A stretch of DNA of 63,166 nucleotides, filler included, from Octopus bimaculoides (GCF_001194135.2; 4 parts of 4 records of this genome joined end to end with filler, not necessarily neighbours in it); one strand, 5' to 3'. Counted from the whole stretch's first letter, positions 39,145 through 51,867 are shown. The notes: generated by a model not told the origin, from the letters alone. Translations and numbers: made by a program.

Positions 39145-40327
39145 NNNNNNNNNNNNNNNNNNNNNNNNNNNNNNNNNNNNNNNNNNNNNNNNNNNNNNNN
39201 NNNNNNNNNNNNNNNNNNNNNNNNNNNNNNNNNNNNNNNNNNNNNNNNNNNNNNNNNNNNNNNNNNNNNNNNNNNNNNNNNNNNNNNNNNNNNNNNNNNN
39301 NNNNNNNNNNNNNNNNNNNNNNNNNNNNNNNNNNNNNNNNNNNNNNNNNNNNNNNNNNNNNNNNNNNNNNNNNNNNNNNNNNNNNNNNNNNNNNNNNNNN
39401 NNNNNNNNNNNNNNNNNNNNNNNNNNNNNNNNNNNNNNNNNNNNNNNNNNNNNNNNNNNNNNNNNNNNNNNNNNNNNNNNNNNNNNNNNNNNNNNNNNNN
39501 NNNNNNNNNNNNNNNNNNNNNNNNNNNNNNNNNNNNNNNNNNNNNNNNNNNNNNNNNNNNNNNNNNNNNNNNNNNNNNNNNNNNNNNNNNNNNNNNNNNN
39601 NNNNNNNNNNNNNNNNNNNNNNNNNNNNNNNNNNNNNNNNNNNNNNNNNNNNNNNTAATCATAGTCGTTTTTAGATCCATTGGAGCTAACTTAAGTACAA
39701 AGACAAACAACGATTTAAAAAATTAACATTAATTATATATAAAACAACTTACTGCAACGTCAGCTCTTGATTTCTCTTGTACCTTTTCATTATTATTTTC
39801 TCATTATCGTTCATTATTTTAAATTCAGTGATTCATTTAACAAATAACTATGTATCTATTCAATTATAATTACATTTATTTATTAGTCTATTTACATCAT
39901 TAAATATCCATTTAATTATGAAATTCCTTTCCGAATTAATTATTCAAACAACCAATCATTTATTTACATAGATATAGGAACTTTTTTTTACAACATCTTT
40001 CTATTTTAATCTCTCATTATTTATTGCATTAAATATGTATCTAGTTGTTAGATTTGATTCTATTTGATGACGCAGTTCTTAAACATATGTTTTGTTCTTT
40101 TCGTTTACAAGTAACTCCCACAGAAAACCTCATTATATATTCATATTAATTTTGATTATCTGCTGGTGACTGCCACTGAGAATTTTATCGTCTGCTGTTT
40201 TCGCCAAAGATTTCGCCAATATCAAGCTCATTATAAAATTCTTCTAGCTCATCAACTGTAACGTGTGTTTCTTTTTTTCGTATATGTATTTAGTATTACA
40301 AAGACATTTTAGCTTTGCATTTACGAA

Positions 40328-40411
40328 TGTCTTGATCGCAGTAGAATCTCGCAGACGAGCGCTATGCTTATGCATAGCGCTCGTCTGCGAGATTCTACTG
40401 CGATCAAGACA
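40328..40411. repeat. Perfect foldback (41-bp stem 40327-40367/40372-40412, TTAT loop), possible tiny MITE
   Basis: Arms are exact reverse complements with 51% GC and 4 CpG each. TGT..ACA ends flanked by CGAA/TGAA. Confidence 0.9.
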
Positions 40412-40439
40412 TGAAGATTTGTGCTATACACTTATCCAG

Positions 40440-40545
40440 CCTATTCAAACTATACTATCAAGTATCGATGCATTGAATCAGAAGATTAGTTTACTCATTT
40501 CAGATGAAGACAATATAATCATGGTAACAAAGGCAAAATTTGCAA
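40440..40545 (+). CDS. Candidate exon, extracellular region (boundaries uncertain)
   Basis: Phase 0 to 1, PIQTILSSIDALNQKISLLISDEDNIIMVTKAKFA. A stronger internal acceptor exists (CATTTCAG| at 40503). The donor GTCTGA is weak. Confidence 0.22.
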
Positions 40546-41004
40546 GTCTGACGTTATACAAATTTCAATGTTTGTGATATTTACCCAAGAACGTTTATTT
40601 TAAAGAACTTAAAAAAAAAAAAAAACATATATATCACAATAATGCAGAAAAAGAATGATTGCATTTCGAAAGAGAACGAAATATATTATGTAACCATTTG
40701 CTGAAGGATTTTCTCAACGCCAAAAACCTATCGTAAAGTCTAACAAATCATACTGATAAATGTGCAAGTAGTCTGAATTGTGGACTACAAGTGATATAAC
40801 ATTAGTTATATAATGAAATTGTGTTGTCTGTAAAGAAACCAACTAATTAAACGCAACAGACTTAGAGCTTACAGCAATAATTTTATGTATTAAAATAGTT
40901 ATATGTATTAAAATAGTTATATGTCCATAACGCAACTAATGAAACCCACCCGAGCGTATAATTATATACGTATATATAAGTGTATATATGTGTTTATGTA
41001 TGCA

Positions 41005-41041
<37 letters not shown>

Positions 41042-42294
41042 NNNNNNNNNNNNNNNNNNNNNNNNNNNNNNNNNNNNNNNNNNNNNNNNNNNNNNNNNNN
41101 NNNNNNNNNNNNNNNNNNNNNNNNNNNNNNNNNNNNNNNNNNNNNNNNNNNNNNNNNNNNNNNNNNNNNNNNNNNNNNNNNNNNNNNNNNNNNNNNNNNN
41201 NNNNNNNNNNNNNNNNNNNNNNNNNNNNNNNNNNNNNNNNNNNNNNNNNNNNNNNNNNNNNNNNNNNNNNNNNNNNNNNNNNNNNNNNNNNNNNNNNNNN
41301 NNNNNNNNNNNNNNNNNNNNNNNNNNNNNNNNNNNNNNNNNNNNNNNNNNNNNNNNNNNNNNNNNNNNNNNNNNNNNNNNNNNNNNNNNNNNNNNNNNNN
41401 NNNNNNNNNNNNNNNNNNNNNNNNNNNNNNNNNNNNNNNNNNNNNNNNNNNNNNNNNNNNNNNNNNNNNNNNNNNNNNNNNNNNNNNNNNNNNNNNNNNN
41501 NNNNNNNNNNNNNNNNNNNNNNNNNNNNNNNNNNNNNNNNNNNNNNNNNNNNNNNNNNNNNNNNNNNNNNNNNNNNNNNNNNNNNNNNNNNNNNNNNNNN
41601 NNNNNNNNNNNNNNNNNNNNNNNNNNNNNNNNNNNNNNNNNNNNNNNNNNNNNNNNNNNNNNNNNNNNNNNNNNNNNNNNNNNNNNNNNNNNNNNNNNNN
41701 NNNNNNNNNNNNNNNNNNNNNNNNNNNNNNNNNNNNNNNNNNNNNNNNNNNNNNNNNNNNNNNNNNNNNNNNNNNNNNNNNNNNNNNNNNNNNNNNNNNN
41801 NNNNNNNNNNNNNNNNNNNNNNNNNNNNNNNNNNNNNNNNNNNNNNNNNNNNNNNNNNNNNNNNNNNNNNNNNNNNNNNNNNNNNNNNNNNNNNNNNNNN
41901 NNNNNNNNNNNNNNNNNNNNNNNNNNNNNNNNNNNNNNNNNNNNNNNNNNNNNNNNNNNNNNNNNNNNNNNNNNNNNNNNNNNNNNNNNNNNNNNNNNNN
42001 NNNNNNNNNNNNNNNNNNNNNNNTATATATATATATATATATATATATATGAATACGCATGTATATGTATATATGTAATTGTGTAAATACACACCTACAA
42101 GCGCACACTCGCATAGGCACACACACACACACGCAAGCACACACACACACACACATATATCATATCTATATCACATCGATGCAGATTGTTTTCAACCGCC
42201 TATTTCTCCAACTTCACCTGAAGCTTTCTTCCCCACCAAACGCATCAGCAACCATTTTCTTTAGCTGTTTATTTAAAGAACCTTAACTTTCTAG

Positions 42295-42389
42295 ACTTCA
42301 GCATTCCCGTGATTTCTGTGTCTGTGACCTATCTGAATTCCCCGAGGAAATTCATGAGATATTCAGCAATGCATAATCCAAATCCAATA
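42295..42389 (+). CDS. Candidate exon with an IPVIS motif
   Basis: ACTTTCTAG|..ATA|GTATGT, phase 1 to 0, (D/N)FSIPVISVSVTYLNSPRKFMRYSAMHNPNPI. IPVIS is typical of ANF-receptor/LIVBP folds (inference). Confidence 0.5.
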
Positions 42390-42955
42390 GTATGTTTTCT
42401 GCCTTGTGGATATGTATGAAGTACCTATATGTTATCATACACGTCTAATTAGACTAATCACACATTCATTTAATTATATTCTTATTTCTGAAAGATATAT
42501 ATATCTACGAGACTGTAAAATGTTTACATGAAGCACGACACTTTTATGTTACAAGTGTATGATAGCAACATATAATCCAACACTACCATGTATTTATGCA
42601 TGAACGTAGCTGTCTGTATGTGAGTATTTGTATGTTTTCGATAAGTGTGTAAGGAAATAAGTGTTATTTTCTTTATTCAAGAATTTTTCAACTGATATGA
42701 CACTCTCATAACAGACAAATGTGGAAAAGTGAAAACTTATTTCACTTAATGTAGTGATGAACAATTAGAAATTTGCCTGTCTGTCTCCAGAGGTCTGTGC
42801 TGAATGAAAAAAACTCTGTTATCTATTAGTTTCATTTCAATGTGTATCTCATTTCCGACTCTATTGCTACTTAAATAGCTATTTATATCAATAAAGCTTA
42901 GTTATTTAACCATGCGTAATTGTGTGATAGTTTTATTTTTATTTGTTTTTTATAG

Positions 42956-43020
42956 GCACCCAAGATACGTTCCTCACTTGTACAGGGGAAATTTGAAATA
43001 TTTCAATTGCAACCTATGAA
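42956..43020 (+). CDS. Candidate exon (3' end uncertain)
   Basis: Very strong polypyrimidine acceptor TTTTATTTTTATTTGTTTTTTATAG|. The phase-0 frame APKIRSSLVQGKFEIFQLQPM is the only one open through 43020 and matches the phase of 42389. Confidence 0.35.
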
Positions 43021-43124
43021 GTTATATTTAAAAATCAAATGTTTCCTGATAAAGATAAGAGTATAACATATTAAACTCAGAAACTGCCGAATAAATAGTT
43101 AGATTACAAATATTTAAGAAGATA

Positions 43125-43330
43125 AGGGAGCTGGCATAGGCGAAAGAGTATTGAAATCAAATGTTTTGGTTTATTTCTTCCGACCGTTTACGTTCAAACC
43201 AGACCGAGATCAACTTTACCGTTTATCCACTGGGGGGCATAGTGATGTATAGTACCTGTCAAATACTGGGATCGATATGATCTTTTTATTCACTGCCCGC
43301 AAAATTGCTTTCCTTGTGCCTATTATCATT
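43125..43330 (+). mobile_element. Decayed SINE family E copy
   Basis: AAGG.GAGCTGGCA..GTTCAAA..CCGAG.TCAACTTT..AGTACC.GT..ATACTGGG.TCGAT..CCTTGTGCCTA, colinear with the reverse complement of 30904-31116. Confidence 0.5.
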
Positions 43331-44684
43331 AACTCTATTTTATTATATATGACAGTGAAGTTGATGTTTCAGTGACAAGAGTGAGTATACTCGGTAATTT
43401 AGACAATTTCAGTAAAATCTTGCTCATTTTGTTAGACTAAGCTATTAGAACAGCTAACGAAATACAGATTAGTATCCTACGGATAATGTATAATGTGCTA
43501 ACGAAAAAGAACGCAGTAAATTTTCGCATTTGAACGAAACACAATTAATTATCTGCATAAAGACCATTTTTTTTTTATGTAGTATCAATACGGATAGAAT
43601 CCACAAAGGAATATCGTATACACTACTTTGTTGGCAAAAGTGTTTGTTTGCTTTTAAATTGGTATGGTTTAAATTTAAAATGACCCTTTGTAACATTAAA
43701 TAATTTATTTAAAGTCTGGAGTAGATAATAATTTATGTCATTGGAATAGGCAATAATTTAGATGTTATACAATAAATCTAGATAGTTGAAGTATCAACCC
43801 TCACTGCGTATGTGAATGAAAATCAGTAAAATAACTTGAACGCTATTATCCACACACATTTTATGCAAACTCATTTTATACAATCTTTGCGTGAGTTTAA
43901 AACATCGATCAGCTGAACCTGGCATAACACTTATTGAAGATTCAAAACGAAAGATTGAGTGTCCCAGGAGATATAGTACGTTGAATCAATTCTATTCAAG
44001 GATTCATTAAATCAGAAAAAACAATTTGCATAAATAAAATATAGTTGGCAGCTAATTTGATTACCAAATAACTGACATGTTACCAACTGTTCTTTAATAT
44101 TGCTATTCTGTCTACAAGAATATTATTCAACGTCAGTTGTCTACGATGTCTAATGTAGTTATGTTTAAATTATACAAGCAGTAATGAGTGAAATCTATAG
44201 ATTTGTTTTTTTCTGTTGTACATTATAGAATCAAAAATGAACTCTGTTAACACATTCATAATTAATTTAGATATTGTACATGATAAGAAATATTGTAAAA
44301 GCATTTTTATATTAACCCTAATATCTTACGCCAATATGAATCAGTAAAAGCTTTAATATGAAATGGCTATATCTGTTGCTGTGCTTGTTTACTTTGACAT
44401 GAACAATATCAGCAGTAAAGATTTTATTAGCTATATTCATTCGTTTGAATAGATTATTTGTCAACATTTAATGATCTATCTATTTTAAGCTGAACAAGTA
44501 TAGTCTCTCCCTCTCCACTATCCAGACGCCTTACAATTAGCTTTGTGTTTCCAATTTGTAGGATATATGGGAGTGAATGAGTGAATTCAAGTCTTGTGAC
44601 TTAGTTTTAATCAATGATACTTAAGCTAAAGTACAAAATTGTTCGTATGTTTACTTTTCAAATTATTTCTTTATTGACCATTAG

Positions 44685-44759
44685 CTTGCTTATGGAGACA
44701 ACCATCCAGCTGTGTCAACGCTGGCAGACGCTTTTGTGCGTTACGATCTTTATGAAAAG
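44685..44759 (+). CDS. Candidate exon (75 nt)
   Basis: TTCTTTATTGACCATTAG|..AAG|GTAAAT, phase 0 to 0, LAYGDNHPAVSTLADAFVRYDLYEK. A GC-rich island in AT-rich flanks. Confidence 0.5.
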
Positions 44760-45049
44760 GTAAATCCGTTAGAGGATATTCAAAAGATTCGCTATGTATT
44801 TATGAAAACAATTTCTGTGAGATATTGCAGATCGTTTACAAAAGAACAATGTATTTTCTCATTTTATTTATGAACTTCAGCGTTAATGATGAGTAAAATG
44901 TATCTCCATCTTAAATAATGGAATAGAACAAACAAAACCTATCCAAGATAAACGTCTTTACGTATCTAAATCGTGATCCATAAATATTTGTTCATACATC
45001 AACAAAATAATTCGTCAGTAATAATGGATTATTAATGTAGTATATATAT

Positions 45050-45149
45050 NNNNNNNNNNNNNNNNNNNNNNNNNNNNNNNNNNNNNNNNNNNNTTAATTA
45101 ATTAANNNNNNNNNNNNNNNNNNNNNNNNNNNNNNNNNNNNNNNNNNNN
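45050..45149. other. Artificial scaffold linker
   Basis: 44N + TTAATTAATTAA (45094-45105) + 44N. Confidence 0.95.
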
Positions 45150-46639
45150 AAATTCCCCTTTTTATACCTGGAGCCTAGCAGCAGGTATAAAAAGGGGAAT
45201 TTGACAAGACAGTCAGTCGGACGCTGACACTCATTGATGCTGCATCGAAGAGGCCAGGGAATAGAAGAAAGAAGACATGCACCCAACACCAGAGCTGAAG
45301 ACACCTCCGAAAGAGGGGGCCCCGCCACGTCAAAACGGTAGAGGAGTAGGGGCCGAAACCGGACGTGGTTCCTCCTGATTATGTCTTGAGTTAACTGGAT
45401 CCTATAAAGGAGCTGTTGTGGTAGCAGACCACGAAACATGGTTGAAATTCCTTCCTATGTTCTGAGTTACTCAGTCCCTATTGACTGAAATCCAATTTTA
45501 GTGATCAAAGTCATCAATTGGTAGTTTATTCCAAATTCTCGATATGCCGTTTAAAATAAGAAGGAGGTCACTCTTTTTATCTTCTTGTGTTGTTGCTTAC
45601 TGTTTTGGCCGATATAAGTAGTAAGTCAAAGAGAAAGACAGAGCAGCAGCGAATAGAAAAGGAAGACAAAATTATGCTATCATTCTGCCTGTCGTTTAAG
45701 GAGCAGCAGATAGAAAAAGAATGTCACTTGTCAGAGAAAAGGTGAGCCGGTGAAAGTCTCAGGTCGTGGTCGTTTCATTTCACCAACTAACTTGCCCTTG
45801 CGAGATTTTAGTATTGATAATTATCGCAGAGCAGTGAGAAAGAGTGGCATATCTCTGAGAACAATGGGGGAAAACTGCTGTAGGTGATTCTTATTTATTT
45901 TCAGCTTTTGGTGGCATAGAAGAGGTGTAAAGGGTTAAATGGAAAAGACATAAATCGACTTGGCAGGGTCATGTGTTCAATTTAACTAGTGTCAACCGTT
46001 GTCTCTCCGTGAGAAAATTCCGTTGTAATTTAAAGGGGAAATCTATAGACTCAGGTTCGAAACTACATACCTAAACGAAATCCACTACTTTTTTCTTCCT
46101 AAGTNNNNNNNNNNNNNNNNNNNNNNNNNNNNNNNNNNNNNNNNNNNNNNNNNNNNNNNNNNNNNNNNNNNNNNNNNNNNNNNNNNNNNNNNNNNNNNNN
46201 NNNNNNNNNNNNNNNNNNNNNNNNNNNNNNNNNNNNNNNNNNNNNNNNNNNNNNNNNNNNNNNNNNNNNNNNNNNNNNNNNNNNNNNNNATATATATATA
46301 TATATATATAATGGATTCTATTGTCGTGAACAGTACATGAAAATTCAGTAAAATAAAGCGTTCATCATCTTCTATGGACATGAATGTGTCTCTTGAGGTC
46401 AGCTGGTACCTTGCAAATTTTGGGGCAAATAGAACAAGTTTTCTTGAGGCCTTGTGAATCATTTACTATGTTTTGTTTTGTTTTCTTTCGACTGGACGGC
46501 TAGACCTGCTTCACTTCGTGCCACGAAACCACAATAACATGTAACGTTTTCATTTAGAGGAGTAGTGTTTTGCCGGCGTGCATTCATGCCTGCACGAATT
46601 TGGTCCCGATGTTGGAGTCCACTTTGCTTAAATGTTTGA

Positions 46640-47310
46640 ACTGAGGAGAAGCAACACTGTCGCCAGGTCCTACGTTCTGATGTTTTGTTTTCCCAAGAAG
46701 AAAAGAGAATGTTTTATCGCTTCAGATTGTCTTTTAGTTTGTCTTTGAAGCGCAAGAGTGGCCTTCAAATAAACCTTCCTTTGGGAATTGGCCAACAAGT
46801 AGTTGCTTCAGAATTCTTATATCACACACACGTGAACGATGACCTAACTGCATTTTAAGCAGTATTTTGATGAGGGTGACTTCATTACCTGATATATTGC
46901 ATTCTGTTTGTAGCTCATTGTTAAAAATATAGTCACTCGGTTTTATGTTGGAGATAGTACACAAGCATCATATACGAAAAGCGTCAAGCTGGCTGATGTA
47001 CTTTCGCTAAAGAGTACAAGATTCAGTACCATAAAGCAATATCGTCAAGACCACCAACTTATATACATTAACTTTCACCTTCAACGATATGTTGTGGCTG
47101 TTCCAAAGCCCGTGATAAAACTTACCGAAAGCGGTGTCAGCCTTCCCGATACTGGACTCAATTTCTTAATCTCTTTCCGCAGCATTATACACAATGGAAC
47201 CAAGATAAGTGTACGAAGAAACAGTTGTTAACGCTTTCACATCAACATATACAATAGGGTGTGTACTCTTCGAAACGCCTGTGTTAGGATGGGGGCAGCT
47301 GATGAAGTAG
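46640..47310 (-). mobile_element. RTE-clade LINE RT C-terminal fragment
   Basis: HPIVYVDVKALTTVSSYTYLGSIV..IGKADTAFGK..LWNSHNISLKVKVNVYKLVVLTILLYGTES..LGHRSRVCDIRILKQLLVGQ. Confidence 0.85.
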
Positions 47311-47311
47311 A

Positions 47312-47468
47312 TGTTCTCTATGTGGCCTGTGTGTTTTCTGCACTCGTTTATCATTTTGTCTACGCTTCGTTTACAATGTCTTGTACCCAGATATGCATCT
47401 ATATATACAGGTAGATGTAAGTATGTACATACATGTACGTATATATGCATATACTCATTTATTATTTG

Positions 47469-47470
<2 letters not shown>
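47312..47470 (-). mobile_element. ~170-bp (TA)n-anchored interspersed repeat, copy 2
   Basis: Inverted copy of 37893-38060. Confidence 0.75.
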
Positions 47471-47499
<29 letters not shown>

Positions 47500-48204
47500 C
47501 AATATTGAATCGTGGAAGGAACATGAATAGCGATGAAGTAAATCATAAATTTTATACACATAAATATACTCTAGATGATTTCAATACTCTATCCCACAAT
47601 GCAATATTTGAGATGTTAATAGAAATGACTGGCGAATATAACCAGTGTCATCTCAAAGCATAAGTACACTGGGCAGTTGCCCTGGGGCCTTACAGATCTA
47701 GGGGCCCACTTCTTATCTATATATACTGTAACTTACTGTGAAATAAATAATACGACAGAGTCTTGTGCATTGATTTGCCTGGTGACCTACAATGCTACGC
47801 AACAGTCCATAAGTTAGTGTTATTTGCCACAGCAGATGAAATAGTTTCTTGGTGGTATTGCCGATCATACATTTGAATAATTATTGGGATTTGATTGTTT
47901 TTCTTCGATGGCGAGCGGGAGAGTAGATATGAATGAATTAGAGAGGTTTTAATAGGGGGAATAACACGAGACTAGCCATAACAGCCAGTCAGCAATCTAG
48001 GTGTGTAACAAAGATGTTACGGAGGAGCGATATAAAGACAGGTGAAGGAAACAGCACATCTGTTAGTCAAAGTTTAGACTAAACTAGTTTGCGCACCATG
48101 CTGATTGGTCTATGTTTTGTTTTATGACATTATTGTATTCTACAATATAAAGTATAACCCTATCACGTTAGAGTCAACAGAGAACAATAATCTTACATTT
48201 TCAG

Positions 48205-48333
48205 GTTCTAAAAACCTTCGTTCAAAGAGAAGGAACCACCATCATGGTGATTATACAGAACAGCGGCAGGATGATAATGATGATAATCAACACATGAATG
48301 ATATTTGTTCACAATGTAACATCAGTATTAAAT
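48205..48333 (+). CDS. Candidate exon (two possible frames)
   Basis: CATTTTCAG| acceptor. The phase-1 frame (G)SKNLRSKRRNHHHGDYTEQRQDDNDDNQHMNDICSQCNISIK ends at a GTAAGT donor and is phase-compatible with 52778. The phase-0 alternative VLKTFVQREGTTIM ends at 48246. Confidence 0.3.
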
Positions 48334-49440
48334 GTAAGTTATGCAATCTATATCAGTACATTGAATTACTCAACTACTTATTAGTTCAATACCCGATTGT
48401 AAGTGATGCATGCACAAATACATACACATACTATATGCACATACAAAAACACACATATACATATACAAACACCTACTCTCTCTCTTTCTCTTTCTCTCTC
48501 TCCCCGTATAGAAGTATATGTTTACAAGTATGTATATATGCATGTAGGGTCGAATATAATTATGTATGCTTGTATGTTGTGTATCTGTATGTAACTTGTG
48601 TGTGTGTGTGTGTGTGTGTGTGTGTNNNNNNNNNNNNNNNNNNNNNNNNNNNNNNNNNNNNNNNNNNNNNNNNNNNNNNNNNNNNNNNNNNNNNNNNNNN
48701 NNNNNNNNNNNNNNNNNNNNNNNNNNNNNNNNNNNNNNNNNNNNNNNNNNNNNNNNNNNNNNNNNNNNNNNNNNNNNNNNNNNNNNNNNNNNNNNNNNNN
48801 NNNNNNNNNNNNNNNNNNNNNNNNNNNNNNNNNNNNNNNNNNNNNNNNNNNNNNNNNNNNNNNNNNNNNNNNNNNNNNNNNNNNNNNNNNNNNNNNNNNN
48901 NNNNNNNNNNNNNNNNNNNNNNNNNNNNNNNNNNNNNNNNNNNNNNNNNNNNNNNNNNNNNNNNNNNNNNNNNNNNNNNNNNNNNNNNNNNNNNNNNNNN
49001 NNNNNNNNNNNNNNNNNNNNNNNNNNNNNNNNNNNNNNNNNNNNNNNNNNNNNNNNNNNNNNNNNNNNNNNNNNNNNNNNNNNNNNNNNNNNNNNNNNNN
49101 NNNNNNNNNNNNNNNNNNNNNNNNNNNNNNNNNNNNNNNNNNNNNNNNNNNNNNNNNNNNNNNNNNNNNNNNNNNNNNNNNNNNNNNNNNNNNNNNNNNN
49201 NNNNNNNNNNNNNNNNNNNNNNNNNNNNNNNNNNNNNNNNNNNNNNNNNNNNNNNNNNNNNNNNNNNNNNNNNNNNNNNNNNNNNNNNNNNNNNNNNNNN
49301 NNNNNNNNNNNNNNNNNNNNNNNNNNNNNNNNNNNNNNNNNNNNNNNNNNNNNNNNNNNNNNNNNNNNNNNNNNNNNNNNNNNNNNNNNNNNNNNNNNNN
49401 NNNNNNNNNNNNNNNNNNNNNNNNNNNNNNNNNNNNNNNN

Positions 49441-49484
<44 letters not shown>

Positions 49485-49493
<9 letters not shown>

Positions 49494-49692
49494 CTGTGTT
49501 TGTCCCCCAGCATCGCTTGACAACCGATTGTGGTGTGTTTGCGTCCAAGTAACATAGCGGTTGGGCAAAAGATATCGATAGAATAAATACTGGGCTTGCA
49601 AAGAATAAGTCCTGGGATCGATTTGCTCGACAAAAGGCGATGCTCCAGCATGGCCGCAGTCAAATGACTGAAACAAGTAAAAAAGTAAAAGT
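49485..49692 (+). mobile_element. SINE family B, 3' half
   Basis: ..CATCGCTTGACAACCG..AAGAATAAGTCCTGG..TCGA..TGCTCCAGCATGGCCGCAGTCAAATGACTGAAACAAGTAAAA.. Preceded by (TA)n(TG)n and a gap. Confidence 0.85.
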
Positions 49693-50165
49693 GTAAGCAC
49701 CGTGCGAAGAACAACGCCTAGAGAGGTCCCTATTTGGACAATTGTGGATTAAGGCGGTTGTGGGGCAGGAATTGGACAAATGCTTTATAAAATAGGAGTG
49801 AGAAATTAGTAGACAAAGAAAATAAATTATTTAGTAGGAAACGGAATAGGAAGGGGGATAAAGGTAAAATTACGATGAAGAGAAAGCTACAGTTAAGGGG
49901 AGGTAATGGCTAGGGTAGTGACCTACATTTAGGGAATTATAATACAAAGACTAACTTCGGAACTAACAACCATAGTACCTAAGTAGTGGGCTTACTAGAC
50001 AAACAAAGAGTAATTGTCTAGACATTCCTAAATACGTTCATCCTAGTGGTCCTATGGATAAGTAGAAGTATAAATCCCCAAATTAATTAAATGATTACAA
50101 TTTAATTACTTGTTAATTACTATTATTGTTTCAAATGCAGGCTCATACTACAGTTTACTCAGTCA

Positions 50166-50190
50166 TCTATATATATAAATAAAATTGAGA

Positions 50191-50279
<89 letters not shown>

Positions 50280-51353
50280 CGTGAATCCCTAAAACTCCAA
50301 AACTACTCAACTAATTTCATTCAAATTTTACACATGCTTTACTTAGGGTCCCGGTTGTGTTTTAGTCAAAACACATTTTTAACTTCTTGCATAGTTCGAG
50401 TCCACAGCAACGTAATATCTCCTCCACTATTTAAGTATTACGTGTCAAAAGTGAAACAAAAACACTCATATAAAATACTTTCACTTTAAAAATGAAACAC
50501 TATTTCAGTATCAAAACTGAAACAATCACATTTCGATACTGTAATGACAGATACTTTCACTTTAATGGTTTCATTTTCATACTGAATCTACTACAGTGAA
50601 ACTATACTCTCACATATATACATACATACATATATATATCTGAACAAATGTATTCATATACGTGTATATATATACATGTATACATATAGATGTATATGTA
50701 CACGTATATGTATAGATATATATAGAGAGATCTAGATCTATATGCATACATGTATATGTATACATATGTGTAGATGTATATAGATGTACATGCAATATGT
50801 ACACATATATACATGCATACAGATATCTATACATATACACACTCACACACACTATTCAGTATTACATGTCAAAAGTGAAACAATAATATGTCGCTACTGT
50901 AATTTCAAATACTTTCACTTTAATTCTTTCAATTTCATACTGAAACTATTAAAGTGAAACTATACTCTCACATATATACAGGCATATTATAAGACCCAAG
51001 TTAAAAACATTCCCAACAATGCAACTTCTCTGGTTGACATTAACATACCCACCCCCAATAGGGGCCTTCATTCCTACATTTTAGAGCTCTATGAGCTCCA
51101 TTTTTCAGGAGCAAAATCCTTTTTACAGGTTCCAGAAGACTGAAATTTTGGAATATGCGCATAAAGATCAATAGTATGGGATACATGTCTCATGATTAGA
51201 ACTTTTAGAGGGGTGTAGAGAAGGAAAGAACCCTCATGTGCAATTTTGATGAAATTCGAATCATATGTATTCCAGTTCCTTACAGAAAATATAAGAGAAA
51301 AGTATTATCCTTCAATTGCATGTAACACGGGCAATGCCGGGTATCTCTGCTAG
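50166..51353 (+). mobile_element. Non-autonomous Helitron
   Basis: A|TCTATATATATAAA 5' end, subterminal GC hairpin (51326-51341), CTAG|T 3' end. Internal (TG)n and an internal ~130-bp duplication. Confidence 0.8.
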
Positions 51354-51867
51354 TACTTAATATATATTATTATAATATTATTATTACTAACGTTGTCGAT
51401 ATATCAACCCTCGCTTGAGTGCATATATATGGGGGCTATCGCAATTGCACTTCCATGATTGCATTAATATGCCTACGAACAATAATAGTTCATAGGAAAG
51501 CGCCAAGTACAATACATATTACAAGCAAATACAATTTAAAGAGGTGTGAAGTTAATATTAAAGCGTTAAATTTTGTTATACGGGGGCCGGGTTCCTGAAA
51601 TGAGTAAATCTAATAGGAGGTTACCAATAAATGGAAGTAGTCTCATGTTGACTGGCATTAGGTCCAGAATGAAATTAAGTTAAACAAGCTAACACATGGT
51701 GTGTAATGTAAATTTAGTTGCAAATAAAGCCATTGCAAAGGTCCATGCACAGTTTAGGGGTAGGGTATTGTTAGGCTAATCACAAGACTATCAGTTAAAT
51801 ATATATGAGCATGTCTAGATATGCAACTATATGCACGAGAATACATACGTAAAACATACAAATCTGT

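Noticed and set aside
45285-45330. CTGAAGA..CGAAA arrangement
   Set aside because: The GAAA lies in a hairpin loop, and no stem II closes between the core halves.
47640-47810. GGGGCC-rich segment resembling a hAT MITE
   Set aside because: TIRs and an 8-bp TSD could not be identified in this copy.
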